Both the position numbers and the translations under genes were made by a program. This document shows positions 59,544-64,000 of a stretch of DNA of 64,000 bases, one piece after another; within the stretch, counting starts at the first letter, position 1, and each line of letters begins with the position of its first letter. Where the stretch lies: positions 1 through 64,000 of IMG/VR virus record IMGVR_UViG_3300036770_005287; one strand, 5' to 3'. Origin of the DNA: a virus. The notes below the pieces were generated by a model. It saw only the letters and a list, made by a program, of their open reading frames with translations, had not been told where the DNA came from and did no database searches.

Positions 59544-61256
59544 CTATTCCCCTGATAAAAGTAATTTATGCATAACAGATTGCAGCAATACCTGCTGTTC
59601 GCTGCTGTCCATGCCGCTGAGTAAGTGATCGATTTTGTCATTGACGCCGGTAAACGATGACATCAGATCGCCGCCACCATCTTCGGCCTGTGCAGCCTCT
59701 TGTTTGCCAGCTTCTATCAGCTCTTTTGCAATCGTTTTTACTGTGTCCGGATCTGTGTTCAGGACCGGCGTCAGCAGTAATTCAACGAGCTTGGCTGAGT
59801 TTTTAGCAGCGCCGCCAGTGAGGCCATCAATCAGCTGTGTCACAATCAGACTACGGTTTGCGTTGGTTTCCCGTGAATCGGCTTCAGCCTGCTCAACGGC
59901 TGTATTAAGACCGGTAAATGTCACAGTCCAAGGCCGCTTAGCCCCGTGTGGAAAGACTTTTTTGTGCTTGTGCCACAAGTGCAAGTCAATCAGGCGCTCA
60001 ATCGCATTGGTGCAGCCCTGGCGGATCCACTCTGCGCGGCGTGTTGACTGAATGCTGGTCTGGAAAAAACCGCCTTCGCCTAATCCACCACTGAGTAAAT
60101 CAGCCCAGCCAAGCATGCTGGCATCAAGGCCCATCGATGACGCCAGGCGGCGCAGATGGAATAAGATATCTTCGATATCGGCAATATTCGGATCAACGCG
60201 CTGCGTATCAATTGCGACCTGCCCTTTTGAGGCCCCGTTAATCGGGATTAGGCTATTTGTGATGAGCGGGCGCAACTTGCGCAGCCAGTTTTTCCGCTCT
60301 TGCGCTTCGACATTGGCTTTTAACTGTGCTGCCACAAAATTGCCGTATTCGGCCGCCTGAATTGGATCCAGCGTTTCCATAGGTAACATGATCATGCGGT
60401 CAATGCGGCTGGCGTTGCGCCGGCTTCCACGCATCGAGTCAATAGCGTCGAGCAAATCCCGGTAGGGCTCATACGTCTTAGCCAGGAACGAATGGCCGTA
60501 GTTCTGAGTCTCACAAATCGACTGATCTAGCAAATCATCAAACAGGCTGTATTCAACACCCATGTTTTGCGGCATGACTTCAGGATGCGGCTGATGGAAT
60601 GGCACTTTGATGGGCACCAGCGTCCAAGGCGGTGCAAGTTGCACTGCGGCGCCCTTGCTGCGCTCTTTGAGATACATGTTTGTGTAGCCCGCCAGCAGGC
60701 CTGATCGCTCATATTCCCGGACATGATGCGGCAGCGTCCAATAGCTGTGCTCAATGTGAGTAATGCCCTGACCGTCTTTGGCGTATGGCCGCACGTAACT
60801 GACGCCATAAGTCACCATCGTTTTCGCCCAGTCAACAATATCCTTGTTGATCATCGGCATCAGCTCGTCATTGAGCTCTTTGACCAGATCCGCAAATTCT
60901 TCCTGATTGGTTGCCAGTGTGATGGCCTGGCGTGTCTCTGTGTCAGCGCTTAAAGCATTCGACACATGAATAGTTAACGCCTCATCGACCAGTGGATCGT
61001 TTGCCATTTCCGCATACTGCGCGTACTTCTCAGCACGCTCTAATTGCATGCCAGAGATATCCATCATATCCGCATCGCTGTGCGGATCAGCGCTTTGACC
61101 GTGACTAATCCCGACTCGGGCGCTCGACAATGGCGAGTCCTGGACCATTGCCACGCGGTCCCGTTCGTTGTTTTCCATGTAAGCAGGGAATAGCACGCTG
61201 GCGAACGATTTCAGCATGCTTGCAACAACGCCTTTTTCCCCATTCGATTTAGGCAT
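59544..61256 (-). CDS. prt: Portal protein (P1 Prt-like)
   Basis: 570 aa with 'Y.EMA.DP...AL..H', 'DIEDI.F.LR' and 'GGLGEGG'; upstream of pro and divergent from darB as in P1. Confidence 0.85.
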   Translation of the reverse strand: MPKSNGEKGVVASMLKSFASVLFPAYMENNERDRVAMVQDSPLSSARVGISHGQSADPHSDADMMDISGMQLERAEKYAQYAEMANDPLVDEALTIHVSNALSADTETRQAITLATNQEEFADLVKELNDELMPMINKDIVDWAKTMVTYGVSYVRPYAKDGQGITHIEHSYWTLPHHVREYERSGLLAGYTNMYLKERSKGAAVQLAPPWTLVPIKVPFHQPHPEVMPQNMGVEYSLFDDLLDQSICETQNYGHSFLAKTYEPYRDLLDAIDSMRGSRRNASRIDRMIMLPMETLDPIQAAEYGNFVAAQLKANVEAQERKNWLRKLRPLITNSLIPINGASKGQVAIDTQRVDPNIADIEDILFHLRRLASSMGLDASMLGWADLLSGGLGEGGFFQTSIQSTRRAEWIRQGCTNAIERLIDLHLWHKHKKVFPHGAKRPWTVTFTGLNTAVEQAEADSRETNANRSLIVTQLIDGLTGGAAKNSAKLVELLLTPVLNTDPDTVKTIAKELIEAGKQEAAQAEDGGGDLMSSFTGVNDKIDHLLSGMDSSEQQVLLQSVMHKLLLSGE

Positions 61257-61272
61257 TAATTAACCACTATTC

Positions 61273-61284
61273 AACGTTAGGATA
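61273..61284 (+). promoter_or_regulatory. AACGTTAGGATA motif
   Basis: Exact copy between divergent prt and darB. Confidence 0.7.
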
Positions 61285-61329
61285 TTATGAGCTGTCAGCA
61301 TACCGCTGGCGCTAAAAAAAGAGTACAAA

Positions 61330-64000
61330 ATGAGCCAACTATTCCTTGCGCGGGCGCGCCGGGCGACGGGGATTCGTGGGATCCTGTCCGCCTTTGATGC
61401 GTGCCTCCCAAAATCAAATAAGGCTTTTGGCGTTGAAATGGTCGGCAGCAATGCTGATGAACGACGTAAAGCCAATGCTGCTGCTATCTCTGTCCTCGAA
61501 TCAAATCCAGATCCAACACTGCTGACTGACCAAGAAAAGCAAGCACTGCGCGGCTATACCGGTCGGGGCGGCATCGGTGATTCAACCAATGAATACTACA
61601 CACCAAAAGCGCTGGCTTCCGGCGTGTGGGACTTGCTGAAGAGCTTTGGTTTTAGCGGCGGCAACGTCTGCGAACCAAGCTGTGCCACCGGCGTTTTTAA
61701 CGAAACAAAGCTGGAAAACACCATTATCACCGGTGCTGAAGTGGATCCAACGTCCAGCCGCATTAACCAGCTGCTGCACCCGGATGACACTATTCACAAT
61801 ATGCCGTTTGAGGCCTTAGCCAAGGTGACGCCTGACGGCACTTTTGATGCGGTGATCGGCAACGCGCCTTTTGGCGCCCGGATGAATGCATTTGCCAACC
61901 AGGATGATGCGTACCGGGACATGAAAACGAATGAGCAGTACTTTGTAATGCGCTCAATCGACAAAGTAAAGCCTGGCGGACTGGTTGTGCTTATCGTCAA
62001 TACAGCAATCGTCAGCACTAAATCACTCAATAAATTCCGGGCAAAGGTGGCGAGAAAGGCCGAGTTTTTGGGCGCGCACCGCATCCCATCGGGCACCTTT
62101 GGCGCATCAGGCAGTGATTCTGTGGTGACTGACGTTGTTGTATTCAGAAAGCACCCTGAAGACCTGGCAGAGCGCATTGAAAGCCTGCGGGACAGCGTAT
62201 TGAAAGACGCCAACGTGCTGTGGGACACCTTTATCAGCGGTAACTGGTTTAAAGAAGACGGCCGCAAGTTTGTGCACGGTGAAGTCTTAGAAGGCGCCGG
62301 CCAATGGGGCAGTGACTTAGTTGTGATTCCAGGCTTGCCAAAAGCTGAAGCCGGGCAGCGCTTAACAGCTGAGCAGCGTATCGAGAAACTGAACAAAATT
62401 GACGGCCATAACGCTGCCATCGCTAAAAAGCTCAGCATGAAATTCGACAGCCGCATTGATTGGGATTTGCTCGAATCAGCAGAGCCAGTGACACCGACGT
62501 ATACAGACGGCGATCGCCGGATGATTAACGGCCGCTGGTATGAAATGGAACTGGGCCAATGGTTGCCGGTACCCGTTGCAGAAAGCTCAGGCACGCTGGA
62601 CGCTGAGAAATACGGCTTTAGCTCTATCACCGACCTGACCGACGCTATGAGCGATATCCGCGGCGCTATCCGCTTGCCGATGAATCAGCTCAACAACATC
62701 TACAGCAACATGCGCGACAAGCTACCGCTCGAAGTGCAGGCGGCTTTCCAGCTGGCAAATCAGGTAGGGCCTGAGCATCGGGAGCGCCTGGTAAAAGGCG
62801 CACTGATTGGTTCACTGCTGCAGGCATTCAATGAACGCCGCGACCGCGACTATGACGATTCGACAGAAGTCACTGAGCTGCAGCAAATGTGTCGCCACAT
62901 GTTCGACACCCTGGGGGATAGCAACAACGTGCGCGGCCTCAAGGGCCTCACCGGTGACAGCGCCGCCAGCTATAAGTTTTTTGCCGCTGCAATGGATGAG
63001 AACGGCCAATTCCGCAACCTGTTATCGGGCGAAGTGGAAAAGACCAAGATCTACATTCACGACCACGAAAACGCCGAGCATGTGATTGAAATGCTGACCG
63101 CCAACCTTGACGGCGGGATCACGCTCGACCAATTCCGGGACCGGTACGAGGGCACCTGGACATCGCTTAGTGATGATGAGTTGCTGGACAAGCTGGCAAT
63201 GCTGGAAAACGTGGCAATTGACCACAATGGCAACCTGCAGCTAATGGACCGCGCTTGTTCTGGCGATATCACCAAAAACCGCGCCCGCATCATGCAAGGC
63301 CTGGCAAACACAATGCTCAGTGATGCTGTACGGCAGAATTTAAGCCGCCAGCTCGACACCATTAAGCGCCGGCGCAAGTGGACCAAGGCTGAGCGTATTA
63401 ACTTTGGTATGCGCGACCCGTATATCCCGCGCAACCTGGTTTTAGAGTTTTTGCAGTCTGAAGGCTTTGAAGATCTGAAGTATGTCGGCGTAACGCACCA
63501 GGAGAACGTGGACACTGGCGCGCTGGATATGGTCGAAGTTGACGACTACACCGGCCCGGATGGCTTCTATACCGGCTATTACACGCAAGACGGTGCGCAA
63601 AAAACCCGTAAAGACGATGACGGCGGCACCCTGGGGGCGCAGCTGGAAAAATACCTGAACGGTTTACTGGTCCGCTCTTCTGATGCAAAAGAAAACTCTA
63701 AATACCGCGACAAGATCCGCGCCTTAGAAACCCGTTTCCAGGCGTTTATCCGCCAGCACGATAGCGCTGATGAGCTGGTTGAACGCTATAACGACATGTA
63801 TAACGGCCATATTCCGTTTGAGCACAGTGATGCACCTATCGCGTTTGAAGGCGTGTCCGGTGAAGTGGTGCACAAAGGCTATCAATGCTCAGGCATTCGC
63901 CGGGCGGTCGAAGAGGGCGGCGGGATTTTAGGCTTTGGTACCGGTCTTGGTAAAACGTTCACAGCCCTTGGCGCTGCCAAGTACGCAACGCAAACAAAGC
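61330..64000 (+). CDS. darB: DarB-like antirestriction N6-methyltransferase/SNF2 helicase (partial, runs off window end)
   Basis: Not in ORF track. ATG 61330; EYYTPK, EPSCATG and IGNAPFG methylase motifs; helicase motif I GFGTGLGKT at ~63930 in the same frame. Confidence 0.9.
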   Translation, partial: MSQLFLARARRATGIRGILSAFDACLPKSNKAFGVEMVGSNADERRKANAAAISVLESNPDPTLLTDQEKQALRGYTGRGGIGDSTNEYYTPKALASGVWDLLKSFGFSGGNVCEPSCATGVFNETKLENTIITGAEVDPTSSRINQLLHPDDTIHNMPFEALAKVTPDGTFDAVIGNAPFGARMNAFANQDDAYRDMKTNEQYFVMRSIDKVKPGGLVVLIVNTAIVSTKSLNKFRAKVARKAEFLGAHRIPSGTFGASGSDSVVTDVVVFRKHPEDLAERIESLRDSVLKDANVLWDTFISGNWFKEDGRKFVHGEVLEGAGQWGSDLVVIPGLPKAEAGQRLTAEQRIEKLNKIDGHNAAIAKKLSMKFDSRIDWDLLESAEPVTPTYTDGDRRMINGRWYEMELGQWLPVPVAESSGTLDAEKYGFSSITDLTDAMSDIRGAIRLPMNQLNNIYSNMRDKLPLEVQAAFQLANQVGPEHRERLVKGALIGSLLQAFNERRDRDYDDSTEVTELQQMCRHMFDTLGDSNNVRGLKGLTGDSAASYKFFAAAMDENGQFRNLLSGEVEKTKIYIHDHENAEHVIEMLTANLDGGITLDQFRDRYEGTWTSLSDDELLDKLAMLENVAIDHNGNLQLMDRACSGDITKNRARIMQGLANTMLSDAVRQNLSRQLDTIKRRRKWTKAERINFGMRDPYIPRNLVLEFLQSEGFEDLKYVGVTHQENVDTGALDMVEVDDYTGPDGFYTGYYTQDGAQKTRKDDDGGTLGAQLEKYLNGLLVRSSDAKENSKYRDKIRALETRFQAFIRQHDSADELVERYNDMYNGHIPFEHSDAPIAFEGVSGEVVHKGYQCSGIRRAVEEGGGILGFGTGLGKTFTALGAAKYATQTK

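Noticed and set aside
61287-61397. Short ORF starting right after the 12-mer AGGA, upstream of darB
   Set aside because: Only ~36 codons, out of frame over the darB start; no support beyond a possible SD.
61582-63688. Minus-strand ORFs, including the 278-aa 61794..62630
   Set aside because: Shadows of the long plus-strand darB frame, which the ORF track missed because it has no stop in the window.
1-64000. Integrated prophage boundaries, IS elements, rRNA/tRNA genes
   Set aside because: No host housekeeping context, att duplication, transposase or structural RNA gene recognised; orn, dam, sspA and rdgC are embedded in phage operons.

Overview
This window is a large part of a P1-like (Punavirus-type) temperate phage-plasmid, most likely from a gammaproteobacterium. 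No host chromosomal genes are visible. Gene order follows P1 closely. The minus-strand tail/head operon runs capsid gp23, sheath gp22, gp21, pmgG, bplB, pmgC, tub, pmgB, sit, pmgA, bplA, gp16, tail fibres. Also present are the gp26-25-7-24-6-5 baseplate block, pacA-pacB converging on a C1-like repressor, parA/parB, a RepL-like initiator, spanins, and prohead protease and portal divergent from a DarB-like methylase-helicase. P1 names come from synteny plus recalled motifs, not database searches. The most unusual part is the 28-34 kb accessory/immunity region. It holds (i) a short tyrosine recombinase beside a perfect 14-4-14 rox/lox-like site, (ii) a BECR/PBECR-type RNase gene converging on an unannotated ~220-nt structured RNA with its own promoter and terminator, (iii) an XRE regulator, a repeat-peptide precursor (DDVPPGWPPT x2) and a membrane protein in one cassette, and (iv) a phage-encoded SspA homologue. 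Dispersed cis-signals read directly from the DNA are 10 exact copies of a strand-polarised 12-mer (AACGTTAGGATA), 4 Vibrio chrII parS2-type palindromes, a 7x TGATCA pac-like site, a GATC-rich origin-like region with a probable antisense RNA, and a probable +1 frameshift in the gene preceding the tape measure.
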